From: Diploschistes diacapsis | Lineage: Eukaryota | Length of the DNA: 36,120 nucleotides | Direction: 5' to 3' | Assembly (NCBI GenBank): GCA_023645945.1 | Contig: JALAIB010000069.1 | Span: 1-36,120, forward strand | In this document: piece after piece, positions 21,701-32,570 of the stretch | How positions within the stretch are numbered: position 1 is the first letter of the stretch | Layout of the letters: every line of letters begins with the position of its first letter | Notes under the pieces: model-generated | Databases searched by the model: none | What the model saw: only the letters and a program-made list of their open reading frames with translations | Told to the model about the DNA's origin: nothing | Position numbers and translations under genes: made by a program

Positions 21701-22868
21701 TCATAAGGTGGGTAAAGTGAGTTCGTAATTACTATCAAACTTGAGCATTTGCACTATATACTGGTAGCTGTTCCTCCTGACTACCTCTTGCCATTGGGCC
21801 ACCTTGTTGATACTCTGACCATAAATGGAAATAATGCATAGAAGAAGCGACTTCTCCTTTTGCGTTGCACACTCAAGCGTGAATTCCGCTTTCAAAAGAG
21901 TACTCTACAGCTATATTGAATGTGCCAAATGGAAGGAGTATGGCCGACGACACGAATCGGCTCCCTATTGCTACGCCTACGTCCATCATCTGAGGAATCG
22001 GAACCGAGCCTCCCCCCATGAAAAGAGATGAGCCACGTCTGTCCAGGTGTCGATATCACCGTTGTTTCTCATTATATGGAAGGCATTTAACATGGTCGCG
22101 GTCTGTTGAGAGAGAATAAACGTACATTTCTGGAGATGAGCCACCGTATCTCTGGTACTGTTGACTGCTCAATATTAGGCTCTAGGTAGAGTGGAACCTT
22201 CATTGGCTGGCCAACAATGGCACTAGCTCGAAGCTCAACTATGATCGAAATGCGGACAATGGCAGTTGCTTGCTCGAATGGAAGACTGTATGTATCAGGC
22301 ATACAGTACTGGATTGCTGGATGCGTAGTCGGACAAAATTGCTACAACTGTACTTCGCGTATGCACTTACGTCCCGTATAGAATGTGCCTGATATTTCAA
22401 GCTGCGCTACCAACTCATAACTGACATAACCTTGTTTGTCGTCCCGGAGACCGGTGCTACCGCTTTGCATCGATGGCGGCAACTGCTGCAGAGTCAGGAT
22501 TGAATTGGTGTTGCAAAGGACCTTGGTATTCGAATTGGTTTCCGGTAACGGCGCAGTATTATCCAGTACTTCCAGGGATACGGGATTGAAACTGCCGGTT
22601 TATTCAGCCAGGCTGAGAGCAAATGGCCCTTGGAACAGAGTCTGGGAGAGTCGAAAGAATGTTACGAGACTGGCATATGTTTGCCATTCTCGCACTCAGC
22701 GGTGGCGAACCTCTGCGAAGGCTCTTCCCTCGAATACAATAGATGTGCTTTCGGCGTTCACCTGCCCAATGGCGTTGAGGCAGACATTGCCAGTATGGTC
22801 TCACCAGTATGCCATGCCCGGTGATTTTGATCTAGCTTGATAGTAAGGTTTTGTCAGGCGTTATGCAT
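21701..22868 (-). pseudogene. Disrupted arrestin-fold (alpha-arrestin N-domain-like) gene
   Basis: Minus-strand pieces: LTIKLDQNHRAWHTGETI-(frameshift)-GNVCLN...SIVFEGRAFAEVRHR*...FFRLSQTLFQGPFALSLAE*...QQLPPSM...GYVSYELVAQLE, then IVGQPMKVPLYLE and PFGTFNIAVEYS-(frameshift)-LKAEFTLECA. Order matches fungal arrestin-like proteins. Several stops and frameshifts; ends approximate. Confidence 0.68.
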
Positions 22869-23271
22869 CAAGTTGCCTAATGGGTACTGAGCCTAAACAA
22901 TTGCGAAGCAAAAATAAATGGAGAGGAAACCACATGTTTTGGTGTTGTTGAAGATGGGAATGAGAACTCACGATACGGCACATCTGTGCGTAGGTTCAGC
23001 ACTCTAGCTGCATATCCCGACAGATTTGAGTGTGCCGAATCCAACATTTGCCGTATAACTTGCCAAAATAGTGACTGTCAGTCATTTTTGTAAAAGCGCA
23101 GAAGTCGAACTTGAAGACACAGATTATATGCTCACATATTGAGCGCTGAATCGATGAATAGGAGAAGAGACCACAGGATGCAGTATAGATATAGTAGTCG
23201 AGAAATTGTTGATTGTGCTGTGGATGCCAAATATGGCCTCCCTTTAACATAACGCTGGTGTAAATGCTTCG

Positions 23272-23279
23272 TATATACA
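23272..23279 (-). promoter_or_regulatory. Candidate Puf3-binding element (UGUAUAUA) in the NDUFB4 3' UTR
   Basis: Minus strand reads TGTATATA about 50 nt after the stop codon and matches the UGUAHAUA consensus. Confidence 0.5.
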
Positions 23280-23329
23280 ATGCTCCACCGTACCTCGTGC
23301 GTCCTTGTAACGATTGTAGTTCCTCCACT

Positions 23330-23722
23330 TTAGAACTCTGCAACAGTATCGCCCCTAAGTTTCCCTCTCATGTTGTACTTTCCCTATCACCGAGCTGTTA
23401 GTAGAGCATCGACGCACTTCCATCACTTAGGCCCACCTCTGTCGAGTACCCAAGATAGGCAAACATCGAAGGAACAATGATAACATATGTGATTGTAATC
23501 CAAGCTGTCCGTGGCGTCCATCGGAAGTATTTGTGTCGGTTAACCAGCATGTCTTTCGGGGATGAATTAGCTGGCAGTTATAGTAGCGAACAACCTCTGG
23601 GAGGGAACGTACTATTATATTTGACCAGCGCCGGGTCGAAGGCTAAAGCTGTGCGTGGGTTAGGCATTAAGAAGGGGGAGCTTGTGGTAGCTGGACGAAC
23701 TGGGCTTGTTGTGGCCAGCCAT
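23330..23722 (-). CDS. NDUFB4: NADH:ubiquinone oxidoreductase accessory subunit B15 (NDUFB4/NB5M), 75 aa, 4 exons
   Basis: Exons 23722-23701, 23648-23613, 23552-23437, 23383-23330, each intron GT-AG with a CTAAC/CTAAT branch point. Protein MAGHNKPTLAFDPALVKYNNMLVNRHKYFRWTPRTAWITITYVIIVPSMFAYLGYSTEGKYNMRGKLRGDTVAEF*. DPAL...RxKYFRWTPRT plus one TM helix is the family signature. Confidence 0.92.
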
Positions 23723-24260
23723 TGTGAGGGTATGAAGCGAAAATCTGTCGAACACTTGGGGGTTCTGGAAATTAAAGAGTCAGGGAAGCAGTAGAAATAT
23801 AGTTCAAGCGTCCGAATGTAAGTGTGAAATGAACTGTCATCGTCTTCGTGAAGCATGCTCAATGCCTTGTAGGGCGGAATAAGCGGGTCACCAAGTCCCG
23901 ATAGGGCTGGTTCAATAAACTTCGTGGAACTGCAGCTTTTACGTGCACTACCACCAAGTAGATTCGCTCTTTTATGGAATAACACTTCACCTGCTCAATG
24001 GCCATGGCCTCTCTTTACGAATGTACGTGCGCTGATAGCTCAATGAGCGGTGAGACTCTTGTCCGAAGAATCACGACCCAAAGGGTTGGTGGGTAACGGA
24101 ACTAAACCGACCATCACGTGCAAGGGTAGCAGGGGATCACCTCAGGAATTAGTTCTTACGAAGGATTTGCAGAGCGACGGGGATTGAGATATTATAAACT
24201 GCCTGTCCTCCTCTCGTGTCCCTAGTTTCCTACCCTCGAGATCATATGACGGTATTCAGT

Positions 24261-25269
24261 ATGGCCTCAACTATGAACCAAGACGTTAAGCTTACGCTGC
24301 ATTGGTATGTGGGGTTCTGATTACCCAGCTCATGGGCGGCACCGACGAGCATGTCGCAACGGCGCACATAGATCCCAACTTGATTCATAGAAATCCCATC
24401 CTATTAAAAAACGGCCTTGGAACGCTACTAATTCGCTGCACCATCTAGGCTGAGCGAGTCTCGCTCCCACAGAGTCCTTTGGTTGCTGGAGGAACTCAAT
24501 GTTAACTACGATGTAAAAATCTACAAGCGCATGGATAACAAGCTTGCTCCTCCAGAATTGGAAAAAGTACATCCTCTAGGAAAATCACCAGTCATTACCA
24601 TACAGAAAAATGGCCAGTCAGAGCCCCTTGTTATAGCCGAATCTGCGCTCATCATCGAGTACCTCATCGAGCATTTTGGACCTCAGTACATTCCAAACCG
24701 CTACAAGGACGGACAAGATGGCCAGCCATGTGGTGAAACTGAAGCGTATATGCGTTATAGATGGTAAGTACCGCACCAAAGATAGCTTTGGTCAAGCTAA
24801 CCTTCCAGGTACATGCACTTTGCCGAAGGCTCAATGATGTTCTTCTTAGTAACCAAACTCATCCCAGACGGTATGCACACGACTTGTTCTCTCAGCGCAG
24901 CTAACTTACGATGGTCAAGGTATTCGAAGCCAAGCCCCGTTCTTTGTGAGGTTCATCACGAACACAATCGCCAGCAAAATCGAGAACTTCGTCAATCCCA
25001 ACATCAAGAAGCAGCTGGCTCTACTCGAGTCCCAAGCGGCCTCGGCTCCAGATGGTGGGCCCTGGCTGTGCGGTTCTCACTTGTCCGGCGCCGACTTTAT
25101 CATGAGCTTCCCGCTGCAAGGTGTTAAGCATGGCAAACTGATCAACGAGAAGGACCATCCAAAGCTAATGGCCTTTGTCGATAGGGTCGAGGCTACCGAG
25201 TCATACAAGAGGGCTTCGCAGAAGATTGTCGAGATAGATGGCAAATTCGATGGTCTGTTCTCTAACTAA
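24261..25269 (+). CDS. Glutathione S-transferase, GTT1-like, 4 exons
   Basis: Exons 24261-24304 (alternative in-frame ATGs at 24246 and 24273), 24449-24763, 24809-24870, 24920-25269. LHWLSESRSHRVLWLLEEL, LAPPELEKVHPLGKSPVI, AESALIIEYL, MHFAEGSMM and WLCGSHLSGADFIMSFPL. Confidence 0.92.
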
Positions 25270-26188
25270 CTTTTGCAAGCGATGGGCGTACGAGATTACT
25301 CTTTTGGAAATGTTGCCATCTGTGCTGATAGATTTCTCAAAGAAGTCTCAGAAAACCCAGGATTTGTTTGTCCCTATTGTTCAAGGCACTGTTGAAGAAA
25401 TGTGTCATTGAACTACTAACCGTGCTGTATAAGATGTACTATACGATCGTGCCCGCATTATGGGCCTATGCTACCCTTGTTGGTAGAAGGCCTCCAAAAA
25501 CAAGTACCAGTAACTGGAGGATTATGTAGTATAGAACATGAATCTCACCCCCAAAACTGTGACTCCGTCCTCAATAGTACGGCTCCACCCATAGAACGAA
25601 GGGAGAGCCTCGAAATGACATTCCAACAACCCAAGGTTCACTCGATGCAAGGCACAACTGTAGTAGAACATAAGTTAGCCTCTCGTGCTGATGCTTGTAC
25701 TCTTAGCGAGCGTGGTCATGCTCTCGTCGGAGTCTCGCCCAGCACGTTGCTTTTGCTTTTGCCGTTTGAACCTAACTATTGGATCATCTTAATCTCAATT
25801 CGCTCTTGTCTCCCACACCTTGGACTTTGCTTGTGTAGCTAAAAGATTTCGACGCACCATCTCCTCGAATCGGGCATCGCTGTATCTAAGATGGCTTGCT
25901 CACTGTAAGCTTGATATGATATGATACTTGGTGGTGTCTTCGGCTGTCTTTCAGAGCCGCCTTTGACAAGGATTTCGGGTGGCCTAACCTACGATCTTTG
26001 TTTCCTGTACAGAACCACTGTGAAGCAACCTCTAGAGCCTGATGTATCTTTTCCTCGAGCGCTCGAGCCGCAAGCCACTACTGACGCGGGAATTGTCCAC
26101 TCGCCATTCTTGCTTTCATCAGGTAGCACATGCGTCCAACCAGTCTACCTACTTGGAAGACGTACGGCACAGATCAAATCGCCTTTAG

Positions 26189-28012
26189 ATGACCCACCAT
26201 ACCGAGACCTTGAATGGTGCAGAAGATAATGTCTATTCCTCACGCGCAGCCTCTCAGACCGTCAGTATGTCGTCGCAATTTGGAGAGAACCCTATAAAGC
26301 GCAACACTAGCGAAGACAACATACGAAACTCCGTCGAATCACTTCGCGACGGCCCCCCGAGTATACTTCGACAGCGGCAAATAGAGGCATTCCGAGATGG
26401 CGGCGGAGGCCTCCCAGCCGAAAAGGGGTTTCCCATACAGATTGGGTCGGAGCTGTTTCGACTATCGGGCGCTTCGATAATGTCAGATGGTCTGCGGATT
26501 GCTATTCATACTTCGGGCAGCAATGGTTCTGACTGTTTTAGAGCACCCTCGTATTTCTCCAAGTTCTTCGAAGACCAGTTACGGAACAACAACAACGGCG
26601 ACGGGGGAGTGAAGACGCTATACATAGATCGCGATCCAGCGACGTTTCAGGACATAGCATGCCATCTACAGGGTACGTCGGCGGGTTCGCAGGTATCGCT
26701 CTGTATATTTACACTGGGTAGGCTACCATGTACAAATCCGCAATGGGCAGCACTACGTGAGGCTTTTTGCGGATGCCCAGTTCTATAGTCGTGAGCATAT
26801 CCGTATCTTTGGCCTCCCTGCACCAGCTCACTGTCGTCACCAGTGCCTCGCTTAATAAAACAGCTTTTCGACTCGGAAATATTCATACAGATAGGGGATC
26901 AGGATTTTCATATACCACGCGATATATTCTCTGCAGCCGGAGATTCCCCAAACTTCTTTTCTCTTGGGTTCGCAGTGTTTTTCAACTCGCCAGAGGAAGT
27001 GTTTCCCGGACTTGACAGAGAGGGTCTGCTCCGACCGCCCTCGATCGCAGCGCCCCGCGTACAGGGTCGATCCGCGAGTACTTTTTCGGACATTCTGCAT
27101 CTGCTAAGGGGGTATCCATTGAATATCAGGAATGCGGAACATAGGGCGGAGTTGCTGCGAGACTGCCGCTATTACCACTTGCGTGGACTAGAACAGAAGC
27201 TCGTTTACCATAGCATCAGCTACAACCTACAACGGCAGAAATCGGAGATTGTGATCCGGCTCGAGGATCTTCGCCAGTCTGGCATTTCCTTCGTCGGCGA
27301 CGTCACGCCTGCCGATCGCTCGGCCCTTGCAGGGTGGGTGAGTTATTCTCGGCCGTTTGTGGATGAAACAAGCTACGAGCTCATTGTGGAGATTGGGGAC
27401 GAAAGCACCAAGATCGATTGCCGGAGCATGCGAGCGGACTTCTATGGCCAAGCAAAGGCCCGCATTACGAGCTTGTTCCAGGTCGTGGCCAACAAGATGA
27501 ACCTTCCCACCAATATGCCCCTCGGCCTGATGATGTCCAGCGGCGGCATCGCAGCACAGCCCGTGAGTCCCGGAAACACGCCGCTCAGCGAGGACCGAGT
27601 GAAGGTGCTCGTCGAACGGGATGCGCACATCGTCCTGGATGGAGAAGAAGTGGGCAAGGGGTATGCGACAGATGTTTTTGAGGAGCCAGAAGGAGGCGTG
27701 CACAACAATGAAGTCGGAGACGACTCTTCGAACCAATCATCGAACTGGCGCTCGCCCAAGCAAGGGGCCACGGCAATGCCCAGTCGCTCCCCGAGCGTCA
27801 AGCCGCCGCCCCGAAAGCGGAAGCGAAGAGGCAGTCTGGATGACTTTGGAGAGTGGATCATCGTCAGAGGCCAATGGCGACTGCGTGTGCAGCCGAGAGC
27901 CGATCAAGGTCACGCCGGGCAGAGGATGGAGATTGTCATGTGTGCCGTGAAGCTCGATGCAGTAAGCGGGCAAAGGGGCAGGAATATGCAGCGGGGTTTT
28001 TTGATGGGTTAA
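26189..28012 (+). CDS. BTB/POZ (K-tetramerisation-type) domain protein, YLR108C/YDR132C-like, 4 exons
   Basis: Exons 26189-26489, 26544-26672, 26722-26790, 26844-28012. FPIQIGSELFRLSGASIMSDAPSYFSKFF, LYIDRDPATFQDIACHLQGY, LFADAQFYSLPRL, GDSPNFFSLGF, LLRDCRYYHLRGLEQKL and a basic NLS-like PPPRKRKRR. The first acceptor is atypical (see findings). Confidence 0.85.
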
Positions 28013-28614
28013 CAAGAGTGGATTTTGATGCCACTTTTATTGCTTGCAAGGGCTAATGTACGGTGCATCTTGTGCATGCTTCGGAAGTTTCACGGTGGTT
28101 TGATACCCTGAGACACGTACGGTATGAGATATAGTGGGATAGTTTGGACAGTTCAGCAATCAGTCTCTGCCATTTCGCGTAGGTCGGTTTTTGTATATCC
28201 GAGGAATAATACGTAGATTGCAATGCGTTATTTGTAATTATTTGAGCCATTTCAAAGTATTCAGAAAACCTGACAAATCGGACTTTGATCGACTGTTAGG
28301 AAACATCGACTTGCCTCGGTAGAGTGACATGAGCATGTCCTACCATAAGGATGCACTTTTGAAGTAAGAGTTTCGTAGATTTGCTGGCACATTATTGCCC
28401 GGGTACATCCAAAACCCCCGGCAAATTTACCCTACTAACCAGGTATTTCAGGTATACCATTAACATGCCTCATAACTCTGTAATTTGTCAGGTCCAGGCG
28501 AGGTACGTCGAGTATGTATATATTAACCACTCTTCCCATTCCCTCTACGACTCCAACCCTTCCGATCGATCTCCTTACAACATCATCCTCCAGTCCTAAA
28601 CAATCCTCGCCAAG

Positions 28615-29751
28615 ATGGGATCGAAAGACGAAATCGTCTTCACGGTCTTCAAGGGCTCCAAATCTGGCGACATCGTCCAGTCGAGAACCACCCACAAGCC
28701 CTTGACCGGCGACCAGGTCCTCGTTTCCATTACCGCCTCCGGCCTCTGCGGCACAGACCTCCACTATCGTCAGGTCGACGTGAGCCCCTCTCTAGCCCTC
28801 TCTATTCCTTTGTTCATACTTGCTAACTAGCCCCGCAGATGGTCCTCGGCCACGAAGGCATTGGAACCGTTACCGCTACAGGCCCCGGCGTCACCAAGCT
28901 CAAAAAGGGTGACCGCGTGGGCTGGGGCTACGAGCACAACTCCTGCGGACGGTGCCAGCAATGTCTCCAGGGAACCGAAACCTACTGCCCAGAGCGCGCC
29001 ATGTACGGTTACGCGGACCTGGACCAGGGCAGCTTCGCGTACGGCGCCGTCTGGCGCGAGGCTTTTCTTTTCAAAATCCCGAACGGGCTCACCGACGAAG
29101 AGGCCGCGCCACTCATGTGCGGCGGCGCGACGGTCTTCAATGCGCTGCACATGTACGGCGCACGGCCAACGGACAGGGTCGGCATCGTCGGTGTCGGTGG
29201 GCTGGGGCACTTGGCCATCCAGGTAAGCTCGACATCTCAGTCGGTGTGCGTACCAACCTTACGATGGCTAGTTCGCCGCCAAAATGGGCTGCGAGACGGT
29301 CGTCTTCTCCGGCACCGACAGCAAAAAATCCGAAGCCCTCTCGCTCGGCGCCACCGAGTTCCACACCACCAAGGACGTCAAAAAACTCGTACTTAGCAGC
29401 GGCCTTATCGATACCCTCCTCGTCACCACCTCCGCCTCGCCGGATTGGAGCCTCTATGTCCCCATCCTCAGCCCCGGTGCCAAGATCTTTCCATTGAATG
29501 TCGACGAGGGTGATTTCAAGTTTCCGCACATGGCGCTGTTGGGGGGCGGAATCACGGTGCAGGGCAGCTTAGTGGCGCCGAGGCATGTGCATGCACGCAT
29601 GCTGACATTCGCGGCACAGCATGGAATCAAGCCGATGGTGAATATATTCAAGATGGATAGGGAGGGGATCGAGAAGGCGATGAGTAGGTTAGATGAGGGC
29701 AAGATGAGATATCGTGGGGTGCTGGTGGCACCGAAGGAGAGCAAGCTTTAA
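28615..29751 (+). CDS. Zinc-dependent medium-chain alcohol dehydrogenase (cinnamyl-ADH-like, probably NADP-dependent), 3 exons
   Basis: Exons 28615-28779, 28839-29222, 29272-29751. GLCGTDLH, GHEGIG, structural zinc site CGRCQQCLQGTETYC, APLMCGGATV, GVGGLGHL, FSGTDSKK and GKMRYRGVL. Confidence 0.93.
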
Positions 29752-32552
29752 GGGATGGAGGGGGTGGGAAAGGATAGGTGGTGAAGCGAAGCAGGGTGTA
29801 GATTACAGTGCTACGCGTGGAGCAGTCGTGAAGTGAGGTGTCCGCAAGCAAAAGATTGTACAGCAAGGTCAGGAGCGATGTCAAAAGCAAAAGGGATGTG
29901 ATGGAAAAGCAGCAGAAAGTCGTACATTCGAGTAACGGTTTCTCACCAATGAACTCCTAGGAACTAGTTTGTTTCTGCGAATCGTTCCAAGCTTCCAGCT
30001 TTGTCTAACCCGAGTTCAGGACAGGACAGCACCAACCCCCTACATATCTACAACCTGAACAGTCTAAACGCCCCTCCCGGTCTAAGAGGCCTAGCCCATG
30101 AAGTCTAGTCCCTCAGGCGATAGCTCTATTTGTATTGATAATGATTTGCATAGTAAACTTCCAGTATTGTTCACCTGAGCAGGAGCCCGAAGGATGCTTC
30201 AACTCAATCACAAAGTAGATCCGAGAATTAACGGAGAGCGTCAAGCATCTCAGGTTCGTCATGTCATGGTTAATATGAAGCATCCTTTGAGCCCTGCTGT
30301 AGGCATAAAAAGATGCAGGAGGGTATTTGCCGTGCTGATTGTCATTATTATCGCCTGCCCCTCTAGGTTTCACAACATTTCAACCTCCATGAATTTTACA
30401 TCAACACTCTCTGAGTCGATTTATAGGACGTCCGAACATGTACCCATCGTTTGAGACACACTCGCTTGCTCGCAAATGACAGAGTTTGCACAGCTTCAGG
30501 AGATACGCCTCCTATCGGATTCAGAACTTCCGACCAACTCTACAAATAGCCGATCTGGCTGGTTACGGCAGAAGCCAAGCCCACAAGTGCCTAGTCCCCA
30601 TCACCGCGAAAAGGTGATTGCTGTTTGATAGGGTAAAAATACTGCCTTAAAATAATAAGATAGGAGGCGAGATGAAGGTGAGGCGCGTTAGGTAAGGGTG
30701 ATGAATAGAAGTATAGACTCCACGGGAAAGACTGACGAGAGTGTATCATGATGATACTTTCTTTTTCGCTCTCGACCTGGCAAGTTATGCCGGCGTGCCT
30801 GCCCATCTTCTCCTCGAAAATGAGACGGAACGTCTTGTTGGGCCAGAGAGAGGGGTCCTGGGAGGAGGCGCTGAAGGGGGGTGGAAGGGATCCTCAGGAG
30901 CTACGGGGAACTCCACCAGGCAGCCCTTCGGCACCTTGAGGTACCAGAGCTATCCCTTTCAGTCCTCGAATTCTTTGAAGTAGTCTAATTTCTCTTGCAC
31001 AGTTATGCAAGACGCTATACCTAGCCTCGAATTCATTGATCTTTCCTTAACCGGGGATCACGATACTATCCACAGCCTGCAATACTTGCAAGGTGGCCTC
31101 CTCGATCTCATGTCCAATCAACGCTGCAGTATAGCAAGTTGGAAGTTGGGGCTCGCTTCTAGAACACTTTCTTGCTTGCCAGCTACTAAAGAATCCAGTA
31201 ATAAGGAGCCTGGATTCATCTCTAACAGAATACCGGACGCCTGCCACTGGAAATCGGAGCATAAAATTATCCAGAACCGGGAGAAGAACCGACCGCCTAC
31301 TGTTGATGATGGTTTAATCCGAACGTCTTCCAAACAACCTCTTCAAAATTTACTATACCCAAAGAAGTTTTTCGCGAGGGCACCTGCCATGTTGTGCGGG
31401 ATGCAATACGCCCACTGCTTCTGCAACTTCCTTTCTTAGATGTCTGCGGCGACAGCGAGGCTGAGAAAAGCCTGGCAAATCTTGAGGGCTCCGTACAGCA
31501 ATATAAGCTTATGGAGAGTTGCAGCCAGCTTGACAGCCATACGAAGCGTCTCCGCTCCTGCTTTTGAGCCCATAGGCGACGCGGGCTCGAGGAACAACAT
31601 AATAGCAGCTAAACGAGGTCTACGCCGTGGTTTCTCAACCTAAAACCTCGGAGGATGGGGGATTCCGATAAGAAGGTCCTGTTGCGCTCCCCGTAGTTAA
31701 AGAAGTATCCCCTGTTATATACCTTGTCCCCCTGAGCAGGGTATTATAATGTCTCGAGAGTATGATTCTTCGCGTTGTGAAACGTTGGGAGCGGTAGGCT
31801 GGCAGCTTAATGCATAATCCTTTTTGTTAATTGCTACTTATGCAGGTGATGGAGATACCAGTGCCCTCGGGCGAGTCTTTTACCGTGCTGTGAAGTCCTA
31901 ATCCCTTGAGCTTCCGGGTCGTAGGGTTTACGAAATGCGAGGAGTGATGCTAGTTCTGCTAGCTCTGAGAGACGAGAGTGTCCGGCACTCAGCCTGAGGA
32001 AGACCAAGTCGCCGCTGGAAGTTGTTCTGGGGACAAGCCTAAAGCAGCCTGAACCAGTTAAAAATACCATCTGAGAGTACTTTACCCTGGCTTACCATTA
32101 TGAAAACGGCATAATGGAAGAACGCGAATTATATATCGGCTTATACCGAGAGGAAGAAGACAGTGACCTGTAGTAGATTTTATAAGTTTTGTTTTAGCAG
32201 TAGATTTTACTGTCCCAGGAAGCCCCAATGAGGACTGGGAGATATCATAGACTAAAGGAGGTGCCAGAGGACTGCTTAGTATAGCGTGCAGAAAGTGTAG
32301 CATTCGGCTTGAGTATAGCTGTAGGTGGTTTAGGAAGTGGTGTGACACTATAAAAATCTGGTGTTTTTGGAAGCACCTCTGGCTCATCATCATTCATCAA
32401 TTCGCTATGAGTATATCAGTGTAAAGATGGTAAAATAGAAGAACGTCTGAAACTATCTTGGTTTGTTCCAAAGCGGTTAAACAACTTCCTGAGTTGATCT
32501 AGAATCTGTCTTGACCGTCCTAGGACTTTAATATCCCGTATTTTAGCTCTAG

Positions 32553-32570
32553 CTCTCTCTCTCTCTCTCT
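32553..32570. repeat. (CT)9 microsatellite
   Basis: Read directly from the sequence. Confidence 0.85.

Noticed and set aside
23477..23985. ORFs 23477-23794 (+) and 23578-23985 (-)
   Set aside because: Explained by the spliced NDUFB4 gene and its upstream region.
18047..29751. Glutathione or secondary-metabolite gene cluster (GSS-like, GST, ADH, plus the upstream carboxypeptidase)
   Set aside because: The genes are separated by housekeeping genes (MRS6, NDUFB4, BTB), and there is no backbone synthase, transporter or cluster regulator. Only conserved synteny could rescue the idea.
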